Positions 44,931-57,328 of a DNA stretch of 64,000 bases are shown in pieces; the first letter of the stretch is position 1; each line of letters opens with the position of its first letter. Below the pieces are notes generated by a model. The model had not been told where the DNA came from, did no database searches, and saw nothing but the letters and a program-made list of their open reading frames with translations. The stretch is from the NCBI GenBank assembly GCA_020184695.1, contig JAANOX010000203.1, forward strand, positions 1-64,000, in the 5' to 3' direction. The position numbers and the translations under genes are program-made. The stretch comes from Histomonas meleagridis 2922-C6/04-290x. Taxonomy: Eukaryota > Protista > Parabasalia.

Positions 44931-45971
44931 ATGAACAAAAAGGGATTTATAAACACAGATATAGTTCATACCAAAAGCCCAAATCTCTTTGTATTTTTGG
45001 GATTCTATCTTCTGTTACAATTTTTTGTATGGATTTATATTTTAAAACCAAAACAACTTGAAATAATCAAATTTGAACAAATAAAAAAGGATACTCCAAT
45101 TATAAATTGGAGCCGCATTTATGAAAGATGTTCGTTTTGCAGTTCTTTAACAGATTCTCATGGTAATTCTTCTCCAGAAGATTTGATTCTTTCTGGTGTT
45201 TTTGGAAGTGAATATCGCGCTAAATCATTTTTAAGATCACTTCGTACCGTAGGTTGTAAAGCCACTGTTGTTTTTGTTACCAATTTAACAGTTTCAAAGA
45301 AAGTTATAAATGAATTTGAAGATTGCGGCGCTCAATTTTTCAAAATGAATTACACCAACGACCTTTTGACCATCAGCTCCCACTCACTTCGATACATTGC
45401 GTACAACCAATTTTTATCACAGACTCCTTTTCAATTCAATCGAGTCCTTCACACTGACTCATTTGACGTATTTTTCCAAGCAGATCCATTCACTCCTGAT
45501 ATCGATCCTAACTATCTTTACTTTGTTATGGAACAACCATTAATTATGAATTCGACGTGGAACAGTGGTTGGCTTGTTCGTGCATATAATGAATCTGTAT
45601 CGAAGTCTCTTGGCAAATACCTTGTTTCTTGCTCCGGAACTCTTATTGGAGGTATGAATCAATTTCAGATATATCTCAAAACTTTGCTCGGCCATAAACC
45701 ATTCTGGCTAAATGGTCGTCACTCATTGGACCAAGCGTATCATAACTATCTTTTACATACTAAAGCCTTCGAAAACAACGGAATTCACCCGAAATATCTC
45801 GGATGCAACTCGACCTTTTTGACAATGCATTACTGTTCGCGAGGAAAATTTAAGATACAAAATGACAGATTTTTGGGACCTGATGGAACAACAATACCAA
45901 GTGTTGTCCATCAATATAATAGATATGGTGGAGGACCACAGCTTATTAATAGGTTATGTGGTGGTAAATAA
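44931..45971 (+). CDS. Type II membrane protein, putative GT-A glycosyltransferase
   Basis: N-terminal TM; HTDSFDVFFQADPF, SGT.IGG, DQAYHNYL, VHQYNR motifs. Confidence 0.6.
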   Translation: MNKKGFINTDIVHTKSPNLFVFLGFYLLLQFFVWIYILKPKQLEIIKFEQIKKDTPIINWSRIYERCSFCSSLTDSHGNSSPEDLILSGVFGSEYRAKSFLRSLRTVGCKATVVFVTNLTVSKKVINEFEDCGAQFFKMNYTNDLLTISSHSLRYIAYNQFLSQTPFQFNRVLHTDSFDVFFQADPFTPDIDPNYLYFVMEQPLIMNSTWNSGWLVRAYNESVSKSLGKYLVSCSGTLIGGMNQFQIYLKTLLGHKPFWLNGRHSLDQAYHNYLLHTKAFENNGIHPKYLGCNSTFLTMHYCSRGKFKIQNDRFLGPDGTTIPSVVHQYNRYGGGPQLINRLCGGK

Positions 45972-46319
45972 ATGGTATCAAACTTTATCGTATAAATAAA
46001 TGTTAATTAAATCTCATAATATACTTTTTTTTACAGAAAAGCGAATTAAATATATCCAAATGATTCACTTATCAGAAGGGTTTTACTGAGTTAAGAGTCG
46101 TTTTCACAATTAAAGCTCAAAATTTAATCGAATTTTAAAATTTGAAATACAAAAAAAGTTTTAAGTAAACATATTCTATTTGGAATTTTGAAATCGCCAT
46201 TTGTAACTGCGATCAATTATAATTTGGAAAGTCTGTTTTTTACCATACTTTAAATTATCTAAAGAAAATTTGGCGATTTAAACCTCTACAAAGGAACCGA
46301 TGGACTCAAAGCTATGGAT

Positions 46320-46862
46320 TTACTTTTTGTCTCTTTCTTTCTTCTCCATAAGTTTTATGATTTTGGCATCTTTGATTGCCATTAACTCCATCAGCATTGA
46401 AAGTTTAAGTTCCAATGCTTTAATTAGGTCGGATTGATTCTTTCCTTCTATAATCTTTTGGACAAGTAATTCTCGTTCTTCATCAGTCATTGGTAATTCT
46501 TTATGCGTTTTTTTTGCTGTTTTTCTTTCTCCAGTTCGTGTTTGTTTCTTTGGTTCTGTTAGATTAGCTTTAACATCAGAAAGTACTTTTTCTATAAAGC
46601 CGGGTTTTGCATTTGCCAATCCATCAATTGTTGATTTATCAAGTGTTATCCCAATTTTTTTAAATACCTTTTGATTTAAAGTTGTCCAATTATATATTTT
46701 TGTGTCAACTCGAAGTGCTTGTGAGTAATTATGAAGATCAACTAATTTGGGCATAAATTTATGTATGACCTCTGCCATTAAAACTCCATCGCTAAAATCT
46801 CGTGCCATATTCCTTACCTTTTTTGATAGTGAAAGAGAATTTATCCATTCTTCTACTGACAT
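46320..46862 (-). CDS. SPEF1: SPEF1/CLAMP-like calponin-homology protein
   Basis: W..SLSLSK..RN.ARDFSDGVLMAEVI…LVDLHNY….KI.NW.TLN.KVFKK, plus a C-terminal coiled coil. Confidence 0.85.
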   Translation of the reverse strand: MSVEEWINSLSLSKKVRNMARDFSDGVLMAEVIHKFMPKLVDLHNYSQALRVDTKIYNWTTLNQKVFKKIGITLDKSTIDGLANAKPGFIEKVLSDVKANLTEPKKQTRTGERKTAKKTHKELPMTDEERELLVQKIIEGKNQSDLIKALELKLSMLMELMAIKDAKIIKLMEKKERDKK

Positions 46863-46922
46863 TTTGTAATTGTATCGTTATATGATTATAACGGAATTTT
46901 TCATGTCACATGTCGCCGCCAA

Positions 46923-48914
46923 ATGGCAGATCGTTCAGAAAAATTAATTTCATGCGCAGGAAAACAACCAACTTTATCAGCAACGAAACCTTCTATGTGT
47001 ATATCAGAAGATACTTTTTATTTACTTACAAATGAGCTTTGGTGTTTTTCATCTGATTTTCAATGGAAGCAAATATTTCCATTACCATTTTGTACGCGTG
47101 AAGGTCAATCAATGATATCTACCCCAATGGGAGTTGCCTTTTTTGGCGGCATAGAAAATGGTAATTTTCAGAATGATTTATGGATATATCATAGAGGTGA
47201 ATGGATTTATGTCGCATGCAAAATTTCGCCTCGTGCATATCATGCAGCAGCGTGGGATGATCGAGGTTTCATATTAATATATGGAGGAAGGAATAATGAC
47301 AATAATCACCTTAATGACATGTATTTAATTGATACAACCAATCAAGAAACGATTAACATTTCGATTCCAAACCTTCCAACATTTTATGATCATTCCATTA
47401 CATGTCTTACAAATTCAAAATTTGCAATTTTTGGCAAAACTACAAATCATGACAAGCTTGAGTTCTATACTTTCGAACTCCAACAAAACACATGCACGAA
47501 GTTAGACAGTGTTTTTGACAATTTTTGTGAGTATGATCATTATGCCAATCTTATTTTTGACATGCTTTTCATCTTTTCTCCTAACAATGACAAACTATGG
47601 GTCTATGAGTTTACGCACAATGTATGGATCCCATTAATTTTTGATTTCATACCAACATACGGATTCATTTCAAATGAGTTTTGTACATCTGAAAACAAAA
47701 CACTTTTTTTGGTTGACAGCAAATTTACTAAAGTTTTTACGTATCAAATCTTCACGGACTCACCGAATAACGCCAATTATCATAATCATTCGCAGTATAT
47801 CAATTTTTTGTCTCATTACATAAAAGAAGGAATCAAAAATTACGAAAAGTTGAAGTCGCCGTTTAAAGAAGACATTAATAATGAAATGTCACAACTTATA
47901 TCGAATCGTAATTCATTATCATTTGACTTACAAAATAACGAAATTGTTAATATTGATTTATCAAGTAAAATATTCGAACTTAATGATGAAATCCAATTAT
48001 TAAACAAAACAATTTCGAAGATAACCATTATAAATAAATCGAAGAACTTAAATAAACTTAAAAAAATCAGTAAAAAAAATAATAAAAACAAAAACAAAAA
48101 AGATAAAAGTGATTTGAATATCGTCATGAAACAAATCAAAATAATTAAAGAAAATAAAAAAACTGAAATCAAAGAATTAGATGAAGAAGTTGAAAAATTA
48201 TCAAATGACATCCAAAAAATTTCGTTTTATTTCCAAACTCAAAACAATTTGCAGTTTAAAGGGAATTACGAAGAAATTTTGCAAAATTCGCTTCAAATTT
48301 GTAAAGAAATTCAATACCAAAGAGAAAATTTGAATGAGGCAAAAAGTGAACTGGCAAAAATTGAAAACGATAAAAATTCAAATGATTTTGAATTGTATTC
48401 AAAAGTTTGGGGTGCCTCCAAAAAATTAAATGATTTACAAAAATCAATCATGAAATCTAGAATTAAATACAGTGAATATTTAGTTGATTCTATAAAGAAA
48501 AGAAATGAAGGATTGAATTTAGTACAATCAAATATGGATATTGTTATCGATGATTATTTCGATTTATTAAAAGAAAAACAAAAAATTGAAAATTTTGAAA
48601 GTAAAATTAAACGGTTGGATACGTTAACAAATGATCTGAAAAGTGACAAGGCCAATTATCAACAGAAATTGTCGAAGGCGATAAAGATCATTCAAAAAGT
48701 GGGAAAGCAACAAACAAGAAGAAGATCATCAACATCAAAAACAAGGAAACATAAGAAAAGGAAATCAAGTAATAATGCACCTAAAAGTGCTAATTCATCT
48801 CCAAGAAATGATTTTGCTTTGACACCTTTTGTGGATGCAAGAATGAAAAAAGAAATTTTTGTTAGAGATATTAATCAAATATTGGACAAGATCGAGAAAG
48901 AAATTAAATATTAA
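46923..48914 (+). CDS. Kelch-repeat plus coiled-coil protein
   Basis: FFGG….NDLW, SPRAYHAA, LIYGG…LNDMY Kelch motifs; long K/E-rich coiled coil. Confidence 0.75.
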   Translation: MADRSEKLISCAGKQPTLSATKPSMCISEDTFYLLTNELWCFSSDFQWKQIFPLPFCTREGQSMISTPMGVAFFGGIENGNFQNDLWIYHRGEWIYVACKISPRAYHAAAWDDRGFILIYGGRNNDNNHLNDMYLIDTTNQETINISIPNLPTFYDHSITCLTNSKFAIFGKTTNHDKLEFYTFELQQNTCTKLDSVFDNFCEYDHYANLIFDMLFIFSPNNDKLWVYEFTHNVWIPLIFDFIPTYGFISNEFCTSENKTLFLVDSKFTKVFTYQIFTDSPNNANYHNHSQYINFLSHYIKEGIKNYEKLKSPFKEDINNEMSQLISNRNSLSFDLQNNEIVNIDLSSKIFELNDEIQLLNKTISKITIINKSKNLNKLKKISKKNNKNKNKKDKSDLNIVMKQIKIIKENKKTEIKELDEEVEKLSNDIQKISFYFQTQNNLQFKGNYEEILQNSLQICKEIQYQRENLNEAKSELAKIENDKNSNDFELYSKVWGASKKLNDLQKSIMKSRIKYSEYLVDSIKKRNEGLNLVQSNMDIVIDDYFDLLKEKQKIENFESKIKRLDTLTNDLKSDKANYQQKLSKAIKIIQKVGKQQTRRRSSTSKTRKHKKRKSSNNAPKSANSSPRNDFALTPFVDARMKKEIFVRDINQILDKIEKEIKY

Positions 48915-49455
48915 AGTATTTGTGATTCATTTATATCTGAGTAAAATTTATTGTTTTCTTTTTTTCCTTTGTTTAATTCAATTTAACAATAAAATTATCT
49001 TTTTGTAATTTATTATTCAATTCTTGATTTGGAAGGTGTTATTTTTATAATGGAACTCACATTGGATATGGTATATCTTGCACGTTTTTATATGAAAAAT
49101 ATACATTCTCATCATGATATTATCAAATAATTCATTATTCATAAAGAAACTATTTAATAAGGTTATTTTTTGCAAAATATATATTATTAATAATCGAGTT
49201 GTATATCAAAAAAGGAACACAAAGTTTCGTTTTTCTGAGATCTAATAAAATGAAAAAAAATTATAAAATTATTAATAATCGTGTTGTACATATTTGCTTT
49301 TACTTTACTATCACAAAATAGCATTTTATATAAACGAGTTATTTATATAACTCAAATGCATTTTAATTTTATGAATTCATTTCATTAATTTTTTAAAAAT
49401 ATATAATATATATACAAATTATACCCGATATCAACTCCAAATTTTTATTAACTTT

Positions 49456-51219
49456 TTAATTATTTATTATTACAATGTTATCACTTTCTGCTACATCATC
49501 TTGGTTACTCATAGCTAACATAGAAACACCGAATGCAAGAGCATTATGCTGATTGATCCCAACTATAAGTTCTTTACCGAAATAATCTTTGATCATTTCT
49601 TTAACTTTTGGAATATCCCAACAATTTCCAACGAGTATTATATTATCTACATGATTTCGTGATACACGCACTGTATCAAGTATTCTTTTGATTAATATCA
49701 TAATTTTATCAAACAAATTTTTATTGATTTGAATGAATTCTTCTCTTGTTAATACATATTCTGTTTCTCCAATAAATATTTTCAAGTTGGGTTGATACAA
49801 AAGTTCAAATTTTGCTGTTTCACAAAATCTTCTAAATGTGTTCATCTCTTTGAAATTAAGTTTTAGATCTTCATTATGCGTTTTCTTAATGATATAATCC
49901 ATAACATTTTGGTCAATATGTTTTCCACTTATATTTATATCACTTTCTTCTGATTCAATATCAATTTTTTGATTTTTGGCTTTAACGATAGAAACATTAA
50001 ATGTTTCGATTTCATATTCGATAATTAAATTAATTTTCCATTCGTTTGTATTATTCATTGTTATTGTTTTTGGAACACGAAGTGTATTTGTGTTTATGTT
50101 TTCATATATTATTTTTCCTTTTTTAATTTGTTTGCATGCAAATGCTGCGCCAATTGCAATAGTCACTTTGGGATCAATTTGTAGGAATGGGTTTTTCCCA
50201 AAATAATTTTTAATTATTTCATAAAGATATTTCGCTTGCGCACCAACAATGATAATATGATCCACATCATATTTCGATATAGATGCTTTTTCAAGTAGTT
50301 TTGTGATATTTTCAATTATTTTTTCACATACATCTTTATTAATTTCATTAAACTTTGCTCTTGTTAAATGGTATTCAATATCTTCAGTGAAGTATATTTT
50401 AGTTTGAACTTGAATCGAAAGTATTTTGTATGCTTTTTTACAACTTCTTTTAAGCTATTTCATCATTCTTGGTATAGATCTTAGATGTTCTGAATGAGTT
50501 CTTATAAGAATGTGATCCATTATATTTCGAATTATATCTCTATTAGGGTTCGTGCAGATATCAAATGCAATGATGTTAAATGATAAATTCTTTGCTTCGA
50601 GTAGTGATATTTCTGTAAAATCATCATTAAGTAAATCGTAAATTAAAAAGGTTTTCTTTTCTTTAAAGAGATCAAAATGAGAATGATACGCAAGAGCTGC
50701 AGCTGTTGGGTTACTAATAATTTTAATAAAATTTATTCCTGCATAACGGCCAGCTCGAAGAGTTGCTTCGCGTTGATTGTTGTTAAAATGCACTGGAACT
50801 GATATCACTGTATCGCGTGTTCTCTGTTTTCCAAGGTAACAGTTACCTACATTTAATAGATATTTTAGAAACTCACTTAAGACTTCTTCTGGTTTAAAAT
50901 CTTGTAAAAACGGAATTTTGATAATAATTTCATCATTCGCTTCTCTTGAAATTTCAAAAGGCCACTCATTTCTCTTTTCCTGAATAAAAAGATCAGAAAA
51001 TTTTCTTCCAATCATTATATCCAAATCATAAATTGTAGCACTTGGATTCATGAAAGAAGTATCTAATGCACATTTACCAAATCTTATCTCTTTTTTTAAA
51101 AAAGAGACAACTGAAGGAATACATCGAGATTGATAACCATCACTAATAACACAATAGTCTCTCTTGGAAAAATAAGCTATTGATGACTTTGAACCAAAAT
51201 GAATCCCAAAGCACGCCAT
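49456..51219 (-). pseudogene. Degenerate Hsp70/DnaK-like protein with duplicated NBD segment and one in-frame TAG
   Basis: GIHFG, IPSVVSF, VISVPVHFNNNQREAT..AG, IISNPTAAALAY. TAG at 50455-50457; the ORF 49456-50265 continues in the same frame. Confidence 0.8.
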
Positions 51220-51391
51220 TATATAAAATTAACGTCCTCCTAAGTGACAAAAAATACTTTTATGCTTTGTTATGTTTACAAAATTTTGTAGCGCTACTTT
51301 TTTGATTCAAAACGAGATCTGAATGCTATATCGTATGTGTGAGAGTCAATCCAACACGGACAGATATCGGAACATCATTCTTAATAATTTA

Positions 51392-52728
51392 CCCTGATGT
51401 CTTTCCAATTCGCGATTTTTACGACCGTTTATAGTATTCAAAAAATAGTAAACGGCCTAGTGTGGCCACAATGCACAGCAATATATTTCCAAGAAAACCC
51501 CATAAAGACTACACGAATTACAAAAAAAGGCCAATGCTCGAATGTGTTATAACTCAAATTTCAAGAGGATACCCAAGAATTTCTAAGATTGCACAAACAA
51601 GTAAAATTCCTGATTCCACACTAAGATTATGGAAAGATATATTAAAGCATAATCCTGCTTGGAGACCATGGAATAATGATCATGGAAGTGGTCATAGGAT
51701 ATTTACAGACATAGAAGAACAATCAATTAAGGATTTTATTGTCAGTTGTTTTTTACAACCAGGTTTTGTATTTACCAATGAAGACTTCATAATAATCGCT
51801 ATGAATGCATATCTAACAAAATATCAAGATATAACTAATTTTAAAAAAACGAAAGATTTTTTAGTTTCACACCAATTTATCGCAGATTTTAAGAAGAGAA
51901 ACCATCTATCTTCTTGAGTTTTACATCCTAAAAGGAGACCAAATGTGACTGATAAAGAAAAATCTAATTGGATCGATACAATACAAAACCTTCTTACTTC
52001 TGTTGATCATAGTAGAATTGTCAATGTGGATGAAACATGCTGGAAGTGTTTTCCCAAATGGTATGGTAACTTGGGCAGAAAAAGGATCTGATGGAATATC
52101 GATCAACTTAAATTCTTCACCGAAGGCATCGATAACTGTGCTGGCGAGCATACGTTCAGATAGAACCAAAATTCCCCTTTACTTTATAACAAAAGGAAAG
52201 ACTGATCTTGTAAAAACAACACAAATTGGTGATGTTTCACCTCACATGTCCACCCACTCAGAAAACGGATGGACCACTGAGGAAACGTTTTATGAGTATT
52301 TACTGTTCCTCCGGCAACACTTCAATGACGAAGATCCTATACATTCGTTACTTGACTCATATAAAGCCCACAAATGTCAATTAATTATCGATTTGGCAGA
52401 AACTCTGAAGATTAAATTATATTTCATACCACCCGGTATGACTGATGAATTTCAACCATTAGATCGAAGGGCCTTCGGGTGTTCGAAGGCTACAGCACGT
52501 TATCTGTTTCGAAAAGAGTACAATCAAAACAATGAATTTACCAAATTACAAGCAGCACAATGCATGGTTTGGGCATGGGAACACCTGCAACCCAATATAA
52601 TCCAAGAGTCTTGGTCAATCTATGAATGAAACATTTATTCATTAATTTTCTTTCAGACAGAAAGTATTCATATTGAGAGAAACGGTTTTTAACGGTCGTA
52701 AAAATCGCGAATTGGAAAGACATCAGGG
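51392..52728 (+). mobile_element. Pogo-like (DD35D) DNA transposon, 1337 bp, perfect 38-bp TIRs, TA target duplication; transposase inactivated
   Basis: TIR CCCTGATGTCTTTCCAATTCGCGATTTTTACGACCGTT at 51392-51429 and its reverse complement at 52691-52728, flanked by TA on both sides. Motifs VDET, LLDSY.AH and QPLD with 35 residues between the last two Asp. TGA at 51915 and a frameshift near 52055. Confidence 0.93.
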
Positions 52729-53607
52729 TACCTTGTTTTGATCGTTTTGAATTGAAAAAGTGGCGCGATAATATTTTTTAAAAGTGACTGGAGTATAAAT
52801 TTTTACAACTTTTTCTCAAAACTAAGCATAAGAATCTCAATAAAACTTTGGTATCATTTCACCCAAATCATCATAATCATATTTGAAAATAAAGATGAAA
52901 AAATGTTCAATTTTTTTTATGCTTGATTTAAATAATGTTTTACATCAAAAAATAAATATTCATCTTCTGGTGTACTAAGAATGAAAGCATAAAAAAACCA
53001 TGATTCTATATGTAAATTTATTAATGCCATTAAGAGGGTAACTTTGTTAGGTTACACAAAAGCGAGTTCATAAAAACATTAATCATATCCATGATGACTG
53101 GTTTTCAAAAAACACCACCGAGCTTGATGGCACTTTTTATGAAGAAAATTTAAATAATATTATTCTCAATTGTAATGTTTATATTTACACTTCATTGAGA
53201 AGGATCCACTTTTTGAAGCCTTCACGAACTAAATTAGGAATTTCTGGAAATGAGCATAAAAAAAAATAATCATGCTGTGGCAGCATGTAGGACATCACAT
53301 TGAATCCATCTTTTCAATTTCATATATGAGGAAGACAAGAAATGGATCAATCTGGAAGAAAATATTGTGCTTGGACAAAGAAAGGAGACAAAAAACTCAA
53401 AGATTTAAGCAGCAGCTTTGGCGGTGATCTCGATAAATTAATGAAATATTGTCCTGATCGCTCTGAGTCAAAAAAAAAAAAAAAGAATGAACGTTAAGTA
53501 AAATTCTTAACTTTACTTCACTATTTTTTGTGAGAATAATTAGTCGGAACCACTCTCAAGAGATCAAGAAATCAAAGAAAAAAAAATTATAATCAACACG
53601 ACAAATA

Positions 53608-54981
53608 ATGAAGACGCCCCCAATATTATTGCAACACGCAAACTCTGAGCGCGTATCTTTATTCTTCAAGTATTTTCTTGATATTTTGATTTTAATTTGT
53701 ACATTTACTAATCTCTATTTATACATTCAACAACTTTTAAAGACCGAAGTACATATCACAATGAATGCAATGACATCAGAAGAGCCAAGTATCATTTCTA
53801 TGGATTCTTTCTCGTCGATTGAATACACATCAAAAGAACTTGAAGATGCGATTAACCAATTACACTTACCAACATGGTCACGAGCATATGTTCCATGTAC
53901 TTCCGAAAAGAGCGAAGTTACATGTTCACAAGTTGTTCACTCATGGCGAGTTATTCAACAATGGGTTAATTATATTGGGGAAATTCCGTATCAAAACAGA
54001 AAATATATTCATATATTACATTGTAGTAATGGGTTAGGCAATCGTATTGGCATGGACGTCGTTATGTTCTTATTAGCTGTGATGACGAATCGAAGCATTG
54101 TCATCGAAGGGAATCATTTGTATCAAGGGAAAGTCATCACAGATCATGGAAGTGCTTATGACTTTTCATATCCGGTCATCCATCTTACGAATGAAACGCA
54201 ACAAATTCTTTCGGCACGTAACGAGTTTAAAATCGAGACACTTAATGACTTTCATTCGATTAATTTCTTTAATCATTCGAACGAAACTTTTTATCTTCGC
54301 GATCTCTTATTTTCGTCAATGATATATGTCCATTATCAATTATCAGATTTTGCACTTCGACATTTCGGAATGCATTCGATATATTTCTTAACAAACTTCT
54401 TGATTAAGTATAGCGATGACAAATATAAATACATATTTGAGCTATATAAAAACATACCAAAGAACATTCGGATATTTGGTATCCATTTAAGGTTCCAACA
54501 GCCCGGACACTTCTTCACATATGGAATTGACCATAACATGCGAACATTAGTCCCGTTCTTGAATGACCAACTGAACAAAAGGCCGACGATATTCGCGTTC
54601 ACTTCGGACAGTAAAGAAATGGAAACGGAATTCCTGAAAGTCTACGGAAATAACACCATTCTAACAAACACAATTAAGAAGCCCGACTTCGATCATGACT
54701 CGCCGCAAGTGGACGTGCTGTTCCTGATGTACGCAGACCAATGTTTGCTCACGTTTCGTTCTTCGTTCTCGTTTTTGGTAATGGCGTCGACTTGTAAGAG
54801 AGGCTACTTCATAGAAAAGGAATCGCCCGGTATATTTAGAATGGCAAACTCGCAAGCGGGCGCAATATCAGCGCTCTATCATAGACGGGATTATAATGAT
54901 TGGCAAACTACAAGAAGATTAGTGCTCAATGATATGAACGAGAATTGCTATAGATATTATTTCAATTACTTTTTGATTTGA
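53608..54981 (+). CDS. Fucosyltransferase-like (GT-B) type II membrane protein
   Basis: N-terminal TM; NGLGNRI, GIHLR, FTSDS, D..FL..AD..LLT.RSSFS motifs. Confidence 0.7.
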   Translation: MKTPPILLQHANSERVSLFFKYFLDILILICTFTNLYLYIQQLLKTEVHITMNAMTSEEPSIISMDSFSSIEYTSKELEDAINQLHLPTWSRAYVPCTSEKSEVTCSQVVHSWRVIQQWVNYIGEIPYQNRKYIHILHCSNGLGNRIGMDVVMFLLAVMTNRSIVIEGNHLYQGKVITDHGSAYDFSYPVIHLTNETQQILSARNEFKIETLNDFHSINFFNHSNETFYLRDLLFSSMIYVHYQLSDFALRHFGMHSIYFLTNFLIKYSDDKYKYIFELYKNIPKNIRIFGIHLRFQQPGHFFTYGIDHNMRTLVPFLNDQLNKRPTIFAFTSDSKEMETEFLKVYGNNTILTNTIKKPDFDHDSPQVDVLFLMYADQCLLTFRSSFSFLVMASTCKRGYFIEKESPGIFRMANSQAGAISALYHRRDYNDWQTTRRLVLNDMNENCYRYYFNYFLI

Positions 54982-55807
54982 TTAAAATTATATGTATGAT
55001 GTTGCTGCATGTGGATATGTAAAAAAGATGTTGTTAGGAATTGTAAAATGTTTGATTCTTTGCTGGGGGTGTGGCAATTTGGCGTCAAACGATCAAAATA
55101 TATTTCCACTATTTTTTAAGGTAAACCTAACATGCAACGATAAAAACCGATTCAAAAAGTGAAATCCACGATTAAAAACAAGGCGAAAAGGTGTTCATTT
55201 GAATACTTTACATTTCTAATATAAAAATCATTTTTTTGCGAAATTTCGCTCTTAAGTTTTTTTTTGCTCCTACGATATTTTTTAATCCTAATATAATCAT
55301 ACATTTTATACATTAAAAGATAAAAATTAAAAGCATAAATCAGGAAAGATTGCTGATAAATGTTGTATTTCTAAAAAAATTGAGCATTGTATTTGGCTAG
55401 AATTCTAGGCCTAATGTTTTTAATATATATATATATAACCTAGCTATTAATAGAACTTTAATAGAAAAAGAAAAAAAAAATGTCCCAAACCAATTTTCAT
55501 TTCTTTCGAATGTGCGTTATTTTTTATAATTTTTTGAAATTGATGAAGATAATGATAAACTTCCTCATATTGTTTTTAGTGTTTTAAAAATTGCTGATGT
55601 GCGTGTTTTGATAAACTTTTCAGTCAAACATAGCCAGATCCTCTTTATGCCTAAGAATAAACTTATTAGTTATATCTCTATTATTTCTTGTGCCTATAAT
55701 TTTTATCAAAGGACAACTGGTAAAGGAAAAAAAATCACATAATCCCTCATTTTTTACTAAAATTGCTTCCGACTTTTTGTGTTCAAAATTATCGTATTCG
55801 ATTAACT

Positions 55808-57328
55808 ATGTTCGTTGGAAGTCTTGATAACAGTTTATATGAGAATATCATGAAACTGAAATTCAAAAGTTCTCCTCTCTCTCATCAGCAAAGAATCAAA
55901 AACTTGTCAAGCCCAATTGATGATGATTCTGATTCTTTATATTGTGGTACCTCTGAAGAACTCATTCACAAAAAAAATTATTTGTTTAAGAATCTCAAAA
56001 ACAAAATAGATAGTATCCCACAAATTGCTGATATAGATCAAAGGGGAAATGTTTTCCAGGAAATAAAAGATATGTTTCACAAAATGAATAAGTTTGAATC
56101 TTATAATTGCCATATAACATCGGAAGAATTCTTTTATATATTTCGGCTGCGTGCATATCCAGAGCTAGAAGAAGGCGTTTACGTCTTTCTCAATGGGGTA
56201 ATTCATAATAATCCTTTAATTGCAAATATTTTTATTGAAAGTTCTATGGCAAACATTCAAGAGTTTGTTAATATGTATCGATCGCCGTTTTTCGGTTGGC
56301 AGTGTGAAATGATTAAGAATCTACTTAATTCTGGCCAAATCATATGTGATAGATTAATTACATTTGGTTTATTTGACAATCTTCAATCTGGTTTTTTAGC
56401 ATCTTTAAGCCTTGGTCCCAACGAAAATACAATTGATTACTGGATAAATTTATTCATTTTATTTGAATTAATGATTCGACATTGTTCATATAACGAAATT
56501 TTATTCCAAAACATCATTGATTTATGCAAGAACGTAATTAATCCAGGTTTTTTAGTTGACAAATTAATTGGAGTTATTTCTAAGTCATTAGATTGTTTAA
56601 CTTGTATTCTCCACAAATGCCCAAGTCTCAAAAGTGAAATTTCACCCGTTCTTCCACTTTTTGAGGAGGCTCATCAAAACGGGGCACCCCTTTTTTATGA
56701 CGACCGTTTGTTACAATCATTTCTCAGAATAATTGAGATATTTACAAAACCTCCGGAGCCATATGATTTTACACAAACAAATCTTCTATCAATTTTATTT
56801 CAAAAGACATTTGAAAGCAAAGTTTTCTCAGAAGCTAATGCCTATAGGAATCGAAGTTTATTTTTGAATATTATTAGTTATAGTCTTCAATCATATCCGA
56901 ATACATTAGACTTCATACTTAATAATAATATATTAATTATAAGTTTTATCTTATTAGAAAAAGGTGATTTATCATGTAAAGAGTCTTCTGGTGTTTTATT
57001 TTCTCGATTATGTGATCCATCAATTTGGGAACAAATTTCCGATTTTTTTGCAAATAATAATGTAATTATTGAACTCGCAAACCAATTACTATTAAACATT
57101 AGTAAAGAATATTCGTTGACTATTTTGTTGGGGTTTAAAAGCATCGTTTTCCAATTAGCGAAAAATGATTTTTTGGAAAACAATCCAATTTTCGAGCAGT
57201 TCTACAACGATGTGTTCGAAAGTATCTTCAACACAATTGGCGATTTTGAAGACGAAGAAGTAGAAGAAAGTTTTAGAGAATTGGTGCAAATGATCAGAAA
57301 TAATGACCCAAACTATTTAGCTAACTAA
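55808..57328 (+). CDS. ARM/HEAT-like alpha-solenoid hypothetical protein
   Basis: Long uninterrupted ORF of amphipathic helices; first ATG at 55808. Confidence 0.6.
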   Translation: MFVGSLDNSLYENIMKLKFKSSPLSHQQRIKNLSSPIDDDSDSLYCGTSEELIHKKNYLFKNLKNKIDSIPQIADIDQRGNVFQEIKDMFHKMNKFESYNCHITSEEFFYIFRLRAYPELEEGVYVFLNGVIHNNPLIANIFIESSMANIQEFVNMYRSPFFGWQCEMIKNLLNSGQIICDRLITFGLFDNLQSGFLASLSLGPNENTIDYWINLFILFELMIRHCSYNEILFQNIIDLCKNVINPGFLVDKLIGVISKSLDCLTCILHKCPSLKSEISPVLPLFEEAHQNGAPLFYDDRLLQSFLRIIEIFTKPPEPYDFTQTNLLSILFQKTFESKVFSEANAYRNRSLFLNIISYSLQSYPNTLDFILNNNILIISFILLEKGDLSCKESSGVLFSRLCDPSIWEQISDFFANNNVIIELANQLLLNISKEYSLTILLGFKSIVFQLAKNDFLENNPIFEQFYNDVFESIFNTIGDFEDEEVEESFRELVQMIRNNDPNYLAN

